Both the position numbers and the translations under genes were made by a program. The notes beneath the pieces were generated by a model that was given only the letters and a program-made list of their open reading frames with translations, ran no database searches and had not been told where the DNA came from. From an uncultured Nitrososphaerota archaeon (GTDB lineage Archaea > Thermoproteota > Methanomethylicia > Methanomethylicales > Methanomethylicaceae): a DNA stretch of 64,000 nucleotides. Below are positions 28,266-38,281 of the stretch, in pieces (the first letter of the stretch is position 1; each line of letters starts with the position of its first letter). Location: assembly GCA_964634735.1 (NCBI GenBank), contig CAZWMA010000001.1, positions 73,350 to 137,349 on the forward strand. The letters run 5' to 3'.

Positions 28266-29198
28266 TCATGCCGCAGAAGCTGCCTGGAGAAGCCACGCCA
28301 TCGCGAGCGACAGGACCGGTGTCGCCAGCCACAGTGCCGCGAGCTGGATGGCAGTCTGCCTGTTGAGCGCCCCAGTTCCCTTCGCCAAGCCGCCGCCCGC
28401 CACGCCCCCTATTATCGCATGGCTTACCGAGACCGGTATCCCGCCCTGCGTGAACAAGTGCACAGCCAGTGCGGCGCTGATCTGCGAGGCGAAGGCTGTC
28501 GGAGGCCCGAGGTTCGACACCTTCTCGCCGACGGTCCTCGAAACCCTCTCCCCCATCAGAAAACCGCCCGCAGCCGCCGACGCCACTGCGATGATTATGG
28601 CGCCACTCCATCCGACGTCCTCCGCTATCACCCCTGCTATGAGCCCAAGCGTGTTCGCGCCGAAGCAGTATGCGGTGTAAAAGCCGGTCAATATCGTCAA
28701 GACGCCATAGATGAAGACCGTCCCGCCAACGCTGTTCATATTGTGCTGCACGAGCACTCTCGACAAGACCATGGATATTCCCGCCGCTAGGAAGGGCGTC
28801 ACAGCCCATGCGGCGAGCACGAGCGTTATCCCCGCCGCATTGAGCGGGATGCCAAGGAACAAGCCACACCCTATAGAAGCGCCAAATACCGCTTGGGTGA
28901 TCGGCAGGGGGAGCTTCAGTGCCGTTGCTATCAGTATCATCGATAAGGTGACCGCCAAGATCATCTCCAGCGATGAACTCGGCAGCTCCCCTGACAGCGC
29001 TCTCCCCTGTATGGCACCGGCGAGCTTTCCCCCCTCGAGGAGCGCGCCCGTGATCAGCCCTGCCACGAATATGAGTATCCCGATGCGGTATGATGTGAAC
29101 TTCGAACCTGCCACTGTCCCAGCCGAGTTTCCGGCGTTGTTCGCGCCCGTCATCCCAAGCGTTAGGACAGTCAGGATTACCAGAATAATCGAGAACAA
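28266..29198 (-). CDS. PiT-family inorganic phosphate transporter
   Basis: Duplicated GANNA/GANT motifs, LPITQ and PVSVSH, many TM helices. Confidence 0.88.
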   Translation of the reverse strand: MFSIILVILTVLTLGMTGANNAGNSAGTVAGSKFTSYRIGILIFVAGLITGALLEGGKLAGAIQGRALSGELPSSSLEMILAVTLSMILIATALKLPLPITQAVFGASIGCGLFLGIPLNAAGITLVLAAWAVTPFLAAGISMVLSRVLVQHNMNSVGGTVFIYGVLTILTGFYTAYCFGANTLGLIAGVIAEDVGWSGAIIIAVASAAAGGFLMGERVSRTVGEKVSNLGPPTAFASQISAALAVHLFTQGGIPVSVSHAIIGGVAGGGLAKGTGALNRQTAIQLAALWLATPVLSLAMAWLLQAASAA

Positions 29199-29258
29199 CG
29201 CAACACCCCCCTACAGGCTCTATGAGAACTTTGGCTGCTGTCTAAAAAAAGCATGCCC

Positions 29259-29930
29259 TCAAGAACCTGACTTGATTATCATCGCGGTCAGCACATCCGA
29301 TGCCTCCTCTGCCGAGTCTGCGACCATATCGAGCATGAATATGAAGTCCCTGAACTGGAGGTAGGTCAGCGTGGAGAGCCTCGGCTCGTTCTTTGTGAGG
29401 TGCTTTATCAGCTCCATCTTCTGCTCGTCGAGCATCTCCTCCATCTTCTCCACCTCATGGGCCCCCTTCAACGCACCTTTCGCATTGGCGTTGACCATCG
29501 CGATGGAATCCTCGAGGCGCTTTACCGTCTCGAAGATCCCTGAGACCATCTTGGTGATATCCATGTTGCACTCGAAGAGCACGTCGAGCTCCTCTTTCGA
29601 GGGCTCCCTAGTTGCGAGTATCCTTGCGGCATCCTTCGACTTGTCCGCTATCTTATCCACCGCTTCGGAGAGCCTGAGGAAGTCCTCCTTCAAGCCCACG
29701 AAGACAGTGCCGCTGTAGAGCCCCAGCTCGACCTTCCTCTTGACGTCGTCAGCCTCGCGCTCGGTCATCGCTATCTTCTCGGAGACAGCGCTTACGATAG
29801 TCCAGTTCCTCCCCTTGCACCCTTCAATGAGCTCGTTGAGCAGGCGTGTGGACTCGAGCACAAGCCTAAGGTGCTGCGCCAGCTTCTCGTCCACCCCCCT
29901 TAGGGGGTAGCATGACAGCTTCCTCCACAT
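29259..29930 (-). CDS. DUF47 / PhoU-like phosphate transport regulator
   Basis: EREADDVKR, DKIADKSKD, DMVADSAEEASD; upstream of PiT. Confidence 0.88.
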   Translation of the reverse strand: MWRKLSCYPLRGVDEKLAQHLRLVLESTRLLNELIEGCKGRNWTIVSAVSEKIAMTEREADDVKRKVELGLYSGTVFVGLKEDFLRLSEAVDKIADKSKDAARILATREPSKEELDVLFECNMDITKMVSGIFETVKRLEDSIAMVNANAKGALKGAHEVEKMEEMLDEQKMELIKHLTKNEPRLSTLTYLQFRDFIFMLDMVADSAEEASDVLTAMIIKSGS

Positions 29931-29980
29931 GGGTCATCTCATCTCCACTTGATGCCTTTGCCTGCCTCTTCCTGCCTGGC

Positions 29981-32416
29981 TTACCTAACAAGCTCTGCGC
30001 CATCGTCCCCCACGACGCACTCGAGCTCCGCTATGTGCAAAGTCTGCTTGATAGTCCACTCGTTCTCCTTGCAGACCCTCACTATCTCTTCGCTGCCGGA
30101 GACCCTGCCGAGCCTGATCTCCGCTGAGAGGGCTACCTTCATCTCGACTTTCTTCGTCCTGAGGCTGGATATTGCCTTGACCAGCAGCCCCCCCACGGCT
30201 CCGTCTGCCGCGTCCCTCTCTTCCGCAGCCGGCCAAGCCGCAGCATGGACCGAAATAGCGCCCTGCCCGTCCTTAAACACCGTCTGATAAATCTCCTCGG
30301 TGATGTGCGGGCATATCGGGGCGAAGAGCCTGATGAACGTCCATATGACCTTGTACAGCGTGGCCTTTGCTGCCCTCTGGCTCTCCGGGGTCTTCGGTCC
30401 GTAGAGACGCGGTTTCACAGCTTCGATGTACTGGTCGCAAAGGTCGTGCCAATAGAAGCGCTGGAGCAGGTCGACCGCGACGTTGAACTGGTAGCTGTCC
30501 ATGGCTTCGGTCACCTTCGGCACCGTCTCGGCAAGCCTGAAGAGGATCCACCTGTCGATGTCCTCGAGCTCGCCCTCCACGACCTCATATGACTTCTCGC
30601 TGAAGAATCCCTCAGCAAAGCGCGCCGATGACCAAACCTTCTGCAGGAACCCCTTGCCGTACTTGACCGGCTCCCACTTGAACGGGAAGTCCGACCCAAG
30701 GGTCAGCGAGAGCAGCGCTTGGCGTATCGCGTCGGCGCCGTACTCATTTATGCCCTGCTCCGGGACTATGACGTTTCCCTTGGACTTGGACATCCTCGAC
30801 CCATCCGGCCCGAGTATGTGGCCGTTTATCAGCGCACCCTTGAACGGCGCCTGCCCTGTCAGCAGATGGCACCTGAGCGTCGAGTAGTACATCCACGTCC
30901 TTATGATGTCGTGGCCCTGCTGCCTGAGGTCAGCCGGATACGCCTTCTTGAACCTCTCCTTGTCCGTGAAGTACCCCGTGGCCACGAGGGGCGTTATGCT
31001 CGAGTCGACCCAGCAGTCGCATACGTCGGTGGTGCCGACTATCTCCGAACTGCCGCACTTGGGGCATCTCTCTACCGGCGGTTTGCTCGACGTCGTGTCG
31101 ACCGGAAGGTCCTCCTCCCTTGGGGGGATTATCTCGTTGCAGGACCTGCAGTGCCAGAACGGTATGGGCGTCCCGAAGACACGCTGACGAGAAATCAGCC
31201 AGTCCCACTCGATGCTGTTGATCCAGTCATCGAGCCTCGGGCTCATGAACTTCGGCGTCCACTTCATCTGGCCGTTGTCGGTCAGCATCATCTCCCTGAA
31301 CTCCTTCGACTTTATGAACCACTGGTCCTTGACAAGAAACTCTATAGGAGTCATGCAGTCGGCGCGCTCGTTGTGCGTTAGCACGTTGTGCTCGAACTCC
31401 TCGATCTTCGATATCATGCCCGCAGCCTGCAGGTCCTTGGCCATCTCCTCCCGAGCCATATGCGCCTTCATGCCCGTGTACTTCCCGGCGTTTGCCATCC
31501 TGCCGTACTCGTCGACCGCCCTGGTGATGGGTAGCCTGTAAGTCTGCTGCCACTTGATGTCCTGCTCGTCGCCGTATGTGCAGACCATGACAACGCCTGT
31601 GCCGAAAGCCATGTCTACCGCCTCGTCGGCGATGACCCTGACCTTGTTTCCGAAGACCGGGACCGCAACCTCCTTCCCGACCAGCGCGCCGTACCTCTCG
31701 TCCTGCGGGTTGACCGCCACCGCCTGGCAGGCATTCAGGAGCTCCGGCCTTGTCGTCGCGATCTCGGCGCTCCCGCTCCCGTCGGCCGTTACGAACTTCA
31801 CAAAGAACAGCTTGCCCTTCTTCTGCACGTAGCCAAGTTCAGCTTGGGCCAAAGCCGTGCCGCATTTGGGGCACCACTGGACCGGGAATTCCTTCTTGTA
31901 GATGAGCCCCTTCCCGTACATAGTCAGGAGGGTTCCCTGCACCGCCTTCCAGTAGCTCTTATCCATGGTCCTGAACTCGAGCTGCTCCCAGTCCGGGCGG
32001 TAGCCGAGCCTTATCATGGTCCTCTTCATGCTGGTGATCATGTTGGTCGTCCATTCGACGCACTTCTCCCTGAAGAGCTTCCTGTCGTCCCTGGGGACCT
32101 TCCATTTGAACTGGACCTTGAGCTCAGTAGGGAGCCCCTGGCAGTCCCACCCCTGGGGGAGTATGACGTCGTAGCCCCTCATCCTCTTGTAGCGGGCAAG
32201 CGTGTCGTTTATTGAGTTCCAGTATGCGTGCCCCATGTGGAGCTCGCCGGACGTGAATGGCGGAGGCGTGTCTATCGTGAAGAACGGCTTTCCGTCATTC
32301 TTGAAGCAGTAAACCTTGCTGAACTCGCCTGCAAGCCATATTCCCTGCCACTTCTCCTCGACCGCGCGGGGAGAGTAGTTCTTGTCCATCTTCCGTAGCG
32401 CATCCCCTTCAGACAC
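29981..32416 (-). CDS. valS: Valine--tRNA ligase
   Basis: IDTPPPFTSGELHMGH, ATTRPEL, DWLISRQR, QGHDIIRTW, RMSKSKGN. Confidence 0.96.
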   Translation of the reverse strand: MSEGDALRKMDKNYSPRAVEEKWQGIWLAGEFSKVYCFKNDGKPFFTIDTPPPFTSGELHMGHAYWNSINDTLARYKRMRGYDVILPQGWDCQGLPTELKVQFKWKVPRDDRKLFREKCVEWTTNMITSMKRTMIRLGYRPDWEQLEFRTMDKSYWKAVQGTLLTMYGKGLIYKKEFPVQWCPKCGTALAQAELGYVQKKGKLFFVKFVTADGSGSAEIATTRPELLNACQAVAVNPQDERYGALVGKEVAVPVFGNKVRVIADEAVDMAFGTGVVMVCTYGDEQDIKWQQTYRLPITRAVDEYGRMANAGKYTGMKAHMAREEMAKDLQAAGMISKIEEFEHNVLTHNERADCMTPIEFLVKDQWFIKSKEFREMMLTDNGQMKWTPKFMSPRLDDWINSIEWDWLISRQRVFGTPIPFWHCRSCNEIIPPREEDLPVDTTSSKPPVERCPKCGSSEIVGTTDVCDCWVDSSITPLVATGYFTDKERFKKAYPADLRQQGHDIIRTWMYYSTLRCHLLTGQAPFKGALINGHILGPDGSRMSKSKGNVIVPEQGINEYGADAIRQALLSLTLGSDFPFKWEPVKYGKGFLQKVWSSARFAEGFFSEKSYEVVEGELEDIDRWILFRLAETVPKVTEAMDSYQFNVAVDLLQRFYWHDLCDQYIEAVKPRLYGPKTPESQRAAKATLYKVIWTFIRLFAPICPHITEEIYQTVFKDGQGAISVHAAAWPAAEERDAADGAVGGLLVKAISSLRTKKVEMKVALSAEIRLGRVSGSEEIVRVCKENEWTIKQTLHIAELECVVGDDGAELVR

Positions 32417-32527
32417 AGCGTATTCCTCCGATTGACCATAAAATGGCGCATTGGCGCCTAATGACTATTGAATTGCAAACGGTAGGATAAAAAGATAAGG
32501 CAAGCGGAAGCCGCCGCCCGCCCCGTA

Positions 32528-32887
32528 CTATGCCTTGGCAGACTTTGCCCGGTCGTTGATCGCCTTTATGGCGCTGAGGGCGAACTCCGCATCCATCTTG
32601 TCTATCTGATCCTCCAGCGTCCGGACGCCATTATTCTTCAACTCTGCCAGGAGGTCCTGAACCTTCTTGCCCCTCCTCTTCTCGAGGTCCTTTACCTTCG
32701 CGCTGAAGAATGCCCTTGAGAAACCTTCGGTCTCCTCGAAGCAATTCGGCATGGGTTCCCCTGCCTCCTTGCATATCTCGATCAAGCCGAGGCATATGTT
32801 GGGGTCCCTGTCCGCTGGGCACCTGTCTTCGCAGTGTGCCCTTGCATACTTCAGTATGCCCTTGAGATCCTTTTCGCTTGTGTCCAC
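32528..32887 (-). CDS. Hypothetical Cys-containing protein
   Basis: GTG start after SD GGTGAGG, host-like codon usage, five Cys in the N-terminal half. Confidence 0.7.
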   Translation of the reverse strand: MDTSEKDLKGILKYARAHCEDRCPADRDPNICLGLIEICKEAGEPMPNCFEETEGFSRAFFSAKVKDLEKRRGKKVQDLLAELKNNGVRTLEDQIDKMDAEFALSAIKAINDRAKSAKA

Positions 32888-32908
32888 AAGACCTCACCAG
32901 TTGAATTT

Positions 32909-32972
32909 GGCCTCTGTTGTGACTCTTCACCATTGCTTTCGCTTCGCGAACTCGGCAAATTCATCATTGGCC
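32909..32972 (-). ncRNA. Box C/D 2'-O-methylation guide sRNA
   Basis: GGCC-A-ATGATGA(C)-ATTTGCCGAGTTC-GCGA(D')-AGCGAAAGCA-ATGGTGA(C')-AGAGTCACAA-CAGA(D)-GGCC, with terminal stem and AAAAAGCTTAT promoter-like motif ~25 nt upstream. Confidence 0.8.
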
Positions 32973-33032
32973 GTGATTTACTCTGCGGTTGTCAGAGATA
33001 AGCTTTTTACAGGGACAGCGCTCCCTCCGGCA

Positions 33033-34102
33033 TCATCCTTCGACCTTCTTGAAGATCACTATTTCGTGCAGCGTCGTGCCCGTCTCTGTCGATGTGTTGC
33101 CGTCTCGGGTTACCAAGACCGTAAAGTCGGAGAGGAGCCTGAAGTACCCTGGTCTAATCCGCATTATGTACTTCGCGAGCAACCGCAGCAGCGGATTGAA
33201 CGCATCAAGCGTGTTCACCGCCTCGAGCACCCGCTCCTTATACTCAAACTCGCGCCTGGTCCTCCCCGTGATCATTATCACCAGGGGGTGCTTCACGAGC
33301 AGCGTCGGTGGTATGCTCTTCATGAAGTCACCAATCTTGTGCGAGAAGATTGCCCCTAGACCATACGCAGAGGTGTGGAAGCACATGAAGCAGATCTCCT
33401 CCTCTTCGATTCTTCTGAACCCCTCCCCCATCTTCTCGTATGAGCCATAGTCCACTATGTGGTATTGCATGAAGTCCGGAACTGCAAAAGCATAATCGGG
33501 CGAGTAGCCAGATATCTCCCACTTGGAGTCGCAGGGGTAACTGTAGAGCTTTATCGCCACCCGCGTGAAGACCCCTAGCCCGCCGAGGGCTCCCATGAAG
33601 CCGCGCATTATCCCCCTCAGCGATGGTCCGGGGCCGTCCGCTGTGAACCAGTCTGCCCTATCCGCATCCCTCAGACCTAGCGATTCCATCCGAACGAGAT
33701 CGCCCGATGGCAGAACCCATTCGACGCCGAGCACATTTCTCGCGGAGTATCCTGTCGAAGGCGACGTGAACCCCGGTCCGGCGACAGATGTGCTGCTGGC
33801 GAGGGGCGATACTTGGGGACCCGCCCCTGGCATGTGGCAGTTCAGCCCGCGCCCGATTAGCTCTGCCTGCCGCCCCCCTTCGAGCTGACGGGCACAAGTG
33901 GGATGCCCCCGTCAAGCGCCTCTCTGACCACTAACTGCACATGCGCCGTGCTCTTCGGCCATACGACAAGAGCCGGCTCGCGCGGCTGCGCGAAGCTGCA
34001 GTCATGGGCATACTGCCTGACGATCTGGCAATCATCCGTTACCGCGTCTCTCCCCATCGCTTCCGTCAGGGAGTTGTAAAATTTCTTCAACTTATCCGAC
34101 AT
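33033..34102 (-). pseudogene. Degraded FAD-binding oxidoreductase (GlcD/VAO-type FAD domain)
   Basis: Fragment 33857-34102 (YAHDCSF..P.LVVWPKST) ends in a frameshift with an apparent internal deletion; fragment 33033-33833 continues (RNVLGVEWVLPSG, GGLGVFTRVAIKL) and is truncated. Confidence 0.75.
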
Positions 34103-34303
34103 CAAAGCCCTCTGTCGCGAGATGTATGCTATTGATTGCGCCCACTTGATAATTATGGTTAAGCAACGTGGTCGGGTCGCATTTCATGCATAAATCGGAT
34201 TCAGTTAGGTCGCCAGCGATTCGGCTCAATAACCTGACTTGGCGCGCCACAAAGGACAAAGTTTTAAAGCGTCTTCCAAATTCGGTGATTACGTGAGGTG
34301 TTT

Positions 34304-34387
34304 ATGATGGGAGGCCGTCAGAAGACAACTATACTCAACCCAATAAAGGAAGAGAGCAAGAAGAAGCCAATATCGGAGAAGCAGTAA
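34304..34387 (+). CDS. Putative 27-aa small protein MMGGRQKTTILNPIKEESKKKPISEKQ
   Basis: Strong SD GAGGTG just before ATGATG; CAAAG-TTTTAAA promoter-like motif at ~34257-34268; downstream hairpin CCGCTC/GAGCGG. Confidence 0.55.
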   Translation: MMGGRQKTTILNPIKEESKKKPISEKQ

Positions 34388-34454
34388 TCTCTGAATGATG
34401 CTGCAAATGACCGCTCATCGGAGCGGCTTTACAAATTTATAGCAGGTTTGAATT

Positions 34455-35306
34455 ATGCCGATCCCGAAAAAAAGGAGCAACTCGTTATCCATCTTCATCC
34501 CCGTCTCCATCCTCTCGGATGTCCCTAGCCTTGTAGAGAAGACCTTCAAGGTGGGCCAGATCGCGCGGGCGGCATCAATATTCCGCGTAGAGAGGATCGT
34601 TGTCTACCGCTCAGCGAAGAGCGACTCTAGGGAGGACGGCTTCCTGATCAGGGACCTGCTCTCGTACGCAGAGACACCGCAGTACCTGAAGAAGAAGGAG
34701 TTTCCCATCTCGGACTCGCTGCGGTATGTCGGCATGATGCCACCCCTCAGGACCCCGCACCACCCGCTAGAGTCCACCAAGATCGAGTACCGGGAGGGAT
34801 ACGTCCTGAAATCCAGCAAGTCCGGGTCGTCCGTCGATATCGGATTCAGGGACCCTGTCTTCTACAAGGGTGACCTCCCGTTCAACAGGCGAGTGACGAT
34901 GAGGCTGGACAAGGATTCAGGGTCATGGGTGCCCGTCCAGAAGGAGGACGTGCCATACTACTGGGGTTACTCCGTCTCGCTTGAGAACAAGACTCTCCGG
35001 CAGGCGCTCGAGGCTAACGATCCCCTGCTGGACTCTGTCGTCGCAACGTCCAGGGTCGGGAAGCTTGCCACGGCTGTCGCGCCGAGGATACGCGAGCTCA
35101 TGCTGCCCGGGCAGAAGATGGCGCTGCTCTTTGGGTCCCCTGCAGAGGGGGTACACGAAATCATCGCGAGGGACGGCACAAAGCTCGAGGATCTTGCCGA
35201 CCTCGTCATCAATACTGCGCCAGAACAGGGGACTGCGACAATCCGGACCGAGGAGGCCGTGCTTATCACGCTCGCAACCCTCGATTCAATAACTAATGCG
35301 GTTTAG
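34455..35306 (+). CDS. SPOUT-family RNA methyltransferase (DUF171/MTH1-like)
   Basis: GQIARAASIFRV, ETPQYLKK, PPLRTPHH, QGTATIRTEEA; conserved position before rpl3. Confidence 0.92.
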   Translation: MPIPKKRSNSLSIFIPVSILSDVPSLVEKTFKVGQIARAASIFRVERIVVYRSAKSDSREDGFLIRDLLSYAETPQYLKKKEFPISDSLRYVGMMPPLRTPHHPLESTKIEYREGYVLKSSKSGSSVDIGFRDPVFYKGDLPFNRRVTMRLDKDSGSWVPVQKEDVPYYWGYSVSLENKTLRQALEANDPLLDSVVATSRVGKLATAVAPRIRELMLPGQKMALLFGSPAEGVHEIIARDGTKLEDLADLVINTAPEQGTATIRTEEAVLITLATLDSITNAV

Positions 35307-35413
35307 GCGCTTTTTCATGCCTCTATGCCCTGAATCCTGAGGTATCAAAAAAGATAGAAATATATTTTAGTAAAGCTGCTATCAACAAGCTAGTTTACAG
35401 TGGAGGGTTACTA

Positions 35414-36424
35414 ATGGGACATAAAACTAAGAGCGCACCCCGTAGAGGATCGTTAATGTTCTATCCCCGGGTGCGCGCCAGGCGAATCAGCGGTAGAGTA
35501 AGGACCTGGCCAAAGTTCAGCGGTGCTCCCAAATTACTTGGCTTTGCTGGTTACAAGGTTGGGACAACTCATCTCGTCATGATTGACAACAGGCAGAAGA
35601 GTCCTCTCTTCAACAGGGAGGTCATGCGTGAGGTTACAGTTCTTGAGGTACCGCCAGTCCTGGTCTACGGCTACAGGGCATATGAGAAGACCCCCAAGGG
35701 CATACGGACCATTGGCGAAGTCATTTCCAAGGATTTACCGAAATTTGCAGATCGCTCAGTAGCAATTCCGAAGGAATACAACCCTGCGCCAACGCAGGCA
35801 GCGATCGAGTCGCGCCTGTCTAGGATAGTCGAGTTCAGGGTGCTTGCTATGACCCAGCCATTCAAGGTCGGGTTCGGCAAGAAGACCCCCGAGGTCCTCG
35901 AGATAAAGATTGGCGGGAGCGACGTCAAGGCAATCTTCGAGCATGCCAAGAGCCTGCTCGGCAAGGAGATTCGCGTAAAGGATCTCTTCTCTGAAGGACA
36001 GTTCATCGACGTCACAGGCGTAACCAAAGGAAAGGGTTTTGCTGGCGCAGTTAAGCGGTTCGGCGTCAAGATACAGCCCAATTGGCACAAGCACAGGAAG
36101 GGCAAGAGGGTCGTCGCGTCTATCAGCCCCTCAAAGCCGCACATGATGTTCGAGGTACCGCGGCCAGGGAAGATGGGCTACCACCAGAGGACGGAGTACA
36201 ACAAGCTTGTACTCAAGGTAGGCGAGAACCCGAACGAGATTAATGTTATGGGCGGCTTCCTGCACTACGGCTTGGTGAAGAACGACTACCTTGTCATGCA
36301 AGGCACTTTACCGGGTCCGTGCAAGAGGCTACTGAGGCTGAGGTTCCCCGTCAGGGCAAAGAAGGATAAGATCGAAGCCCCGAAGGTTCTGACCATAAGC
36401 CTTGCCTCGAAGCAGGGGGTTTAG
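35414..36424 (+). CDS. rpl3: 50S ribosomal protein uL3
   Basis: PRRGSL, FAGYKVG, TKGKGFAGAVKR, GYHQRTEYNK. Confidence 0.97.
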   Translation: MGHKTKSAPRRGSLMFYPRVRARRISGRVRTWPKFSGAPKLLGFAGYKVGTTHLVMIDNRQKSPLFNREVMREVTVLEVPPVLVYGYRAYEKTPKGIRTIGEVISKDLPKFADRSVAIPKEYNPAPTQAAIESRLSRIVEFRVLAMTQPFKVGFGKKTPEVLEIKIGGSDVKAIFEHAKSLLGKEIRVKDLFSEGQFIDVTGVTKGKGFAGAVKRFGVKIQPNWHKHRKGKRVVASISPSKPHMMFEVPRPGKMGYHQRTEYNKLVLKVGENPNEINVMGGFLHYGLVKNDYLVMQGTLPGPCKRLLRLRFPVRAKKDKIEAPKVLTISLASKQGV

Positions 36425-36427
36425 TGA

Positions 36428-37219
36428 ATGCCAAAGAAGAGCGTTGCAGTCGATACAGTGAAAGTGCTGGCTCTGGACGGCTCGGTAAAGTCCGAGCTCC
36501 CCATCCCGGCAATATTCTCGTCTGACATAAGGCCAGATTTGGTGAAGAGGGCAGTCCTCTCCAGCCAGTCCGCCCGGATCCAGCCGAGAACCAGCGATTA
36601 CCTCGCCGGCAAGAAGAACACTGCTGAGAGCTTGGGCGTTGGCCTCGACTTGGCCAGGGTCCCCAGGATACACGGCGCCAACAGGGCAGCCTTCGTCCCC
36701 AACGTTATCGGGGGAAGGGTCGCGTTCCCGGCTCAGCTGGAGAAGATCTACCACGAGCGGATCAACAACAAGGAGCGGCTAGTAGCCCTCAAGTCCGCAA
36801 TCGCCGCCACTGCAAACCCAAAGATGGTTGTAGCGAGGGGACACGCCGTGGCAGAAGGGACAGCATTCCCATTCGTTGTCACAGACGACCTTAAATGCCT
36901 GAAGAAAGCCGCAGAGTTCCGCGAATTCCTGCAGAAGGTTTCCCTCTGGTCTGATGTCGAGCGAGCAAAGGCTGGCATAAAGGAGAGATCTGGCAGGGGC
37001 AAGACACGCGGGCGGCGGTGGATAAAGCCAAAGTCCATACTTGTAGTTGCCGACGAGCTCAAGCCTACATTGAGGCTGGCAACGCGGAACTTCACAGGAG
37101 TGGAATTCGCCGACGTCAACTCTCTGAATGTAGAGAGGCTAGCGCCAGGTGGTCACGCTGGAAGGCTGACCGTCTGGACCGAGTCCGCATTCAAGAGGCT
37201 CGACGAGCTCTATGCATAA
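36428..37219 (+). CDS. rpl4: 50S ribosomal protein uL4
   Basis: IRPDLVKRAV, LAPGGHAGRLTVWT. Confidence 0.96.
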   Translation: MPKKSVAVDTVKVLALDGSVKSELPIPAIFSSDIRPDLVKRAVLSSQSARIQPRTSDYLAGKKNTAESLGVGLDLARVPRIHGANRAAFVPNVIGGRVAFPAQLEKIYHERINNKERLVALKSAIAATANPKMVVARGHAVAEGTAFPFVVTDDLKCLKKAAEFREFLQKVSLWSDVERAKAGIKERSGRGKTRGRRWIKPKSILVVADELKPTLRLATRNFTGVEFADVNSLNVERLAPGGHAGRLTVWTESAFKRLDELYA

Positions 37220-37241
37220 AATAAATGAAATGGTGATCTAG

Positions 37242-37502
37242 ATGCAACCTACCGACGTAATATTGAGACCGGTGTCATCAGAGTCCGCTTTGGAGAGGGT
37301 AGAGAAGGAGAACAAGCTCATCTTCATAGTAGACATGAAGTCCAACAAAACTCAGATCAAGCAGGCCGTCGAGAAGCTCTACAGCGTTAAGGTAAAGTCT
37401 GTCAACACTCAGATAACCCCGAATGCTGAGAAGAAGGCATCGGTGGTTCTGGAGAAGGAATTCAGCGCAACAGAGCTTGCGACAAAGATCGGGCTCCTGT
37501 AA
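37242..37502 (+). CDS. rpl23: 50S ribosomal protein uL23
   Basis: ENKLIFIVD, IKQAVEKLY; synteny. Confidence 0.95.
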   Translation: MQPTDVILRPVSSESALERVEKENKLIFIVDMKSNKTQIKQAVEKLYSVKVKSVNTQITPNAEKKASVVLEKEFSATELATKIGLL

Positions 37503-37538
37503 TCAATGAACGTTCAATGAATTGAAAAGGTGAATAAT

Positions 37539-38261
37539 ATGGGAAAGAGAATGATGCTTCAGAGGAGGGGTCGAGGCGGTGCTGCCTTCGTATCTCCGTC
37601 GTGGAGAAAGCTAGGCCGAGTAATGTACCCTACCGCCCTCCCGAAGGAGAATACCTCCACAGTTGAGTTCATAATCAAGGATATCGTTCACGAGTCCGGA
37701 AGGGGCGCACCAATTGCGATGGCGAACAACAAGGAAGGTGTCTCCACGCTCATGATTGCCCCAGAGGGCGTCTTCGTGGGCCAGAGGATCTTCTTTGGCG
37801 CCGACGCACCAATCAGCCCCGGCAACGTGCTGCCGCTAAAGGTAATACCTGAAGGTACGTTCGTCTGCAACATCGAGAACAGGGTTGGCGACGGCGGCAA
37901 GTTCGTAAGGTCCGCCGGCGGATATGCAACGCTCGTTTCGCACACACCGGACAAAGTGCTGTGCCAGTTCCCGTCAGGCATTATCAAGCCGTTCGATAAC
38001 TCGTGCCGCGCGACCATCGGCATCGTAGCCTCAGGGGGGCTAACCGAGAAGCCGATGCTCAAGGCAGGCGCAAACTACCACAAGTGGCGTGCGAGGTCCC
38101 ACCACTACCCGACCAACAGAGGCAAATCAATGAGCCCGTACGCTCACCCGCACGGCGGAGGCTCTCACCAGAGAGGAAGCACGCCAGTCGGTAGGAATGC
38201 GCCTCCTGGTCAGAAGGTAGGCATAATCGCCTCGAGAAGGACCGGAAGGAAGAAGAAGTGA
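37539..38261 (+). CDS. rpl2: 50S ribosomal protein uL2
   Basis: QRRGRG, GDGGKFVRSAG, HPHGGG, PPGQKVG. Confidence 0.97.
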   Translation: MGKRMMLQRRGRGGAAFVSPSWRKLGRVMYPTALPKENTSTVEFIIKDIVHESGRGAPIAMANNKEGVSTLMIAPEGVFVGQRIFFGADAPISPGNVLPLKVIPEGTFVCNIENRVGDGGKFVRSAGGYATLVSHTPDKVLCQFPSGIIKPFDNSCRATIGIVASGGLTEKPMLKAGANYHKWRARSHHYPTNRGKSMSPYAHPHGGGSHQRGSTPVGRNAPPGQKVGIIASRRTGRKKK

Positions 38262-38281
38262 TCAAAGGAGTCTGATGTGAT

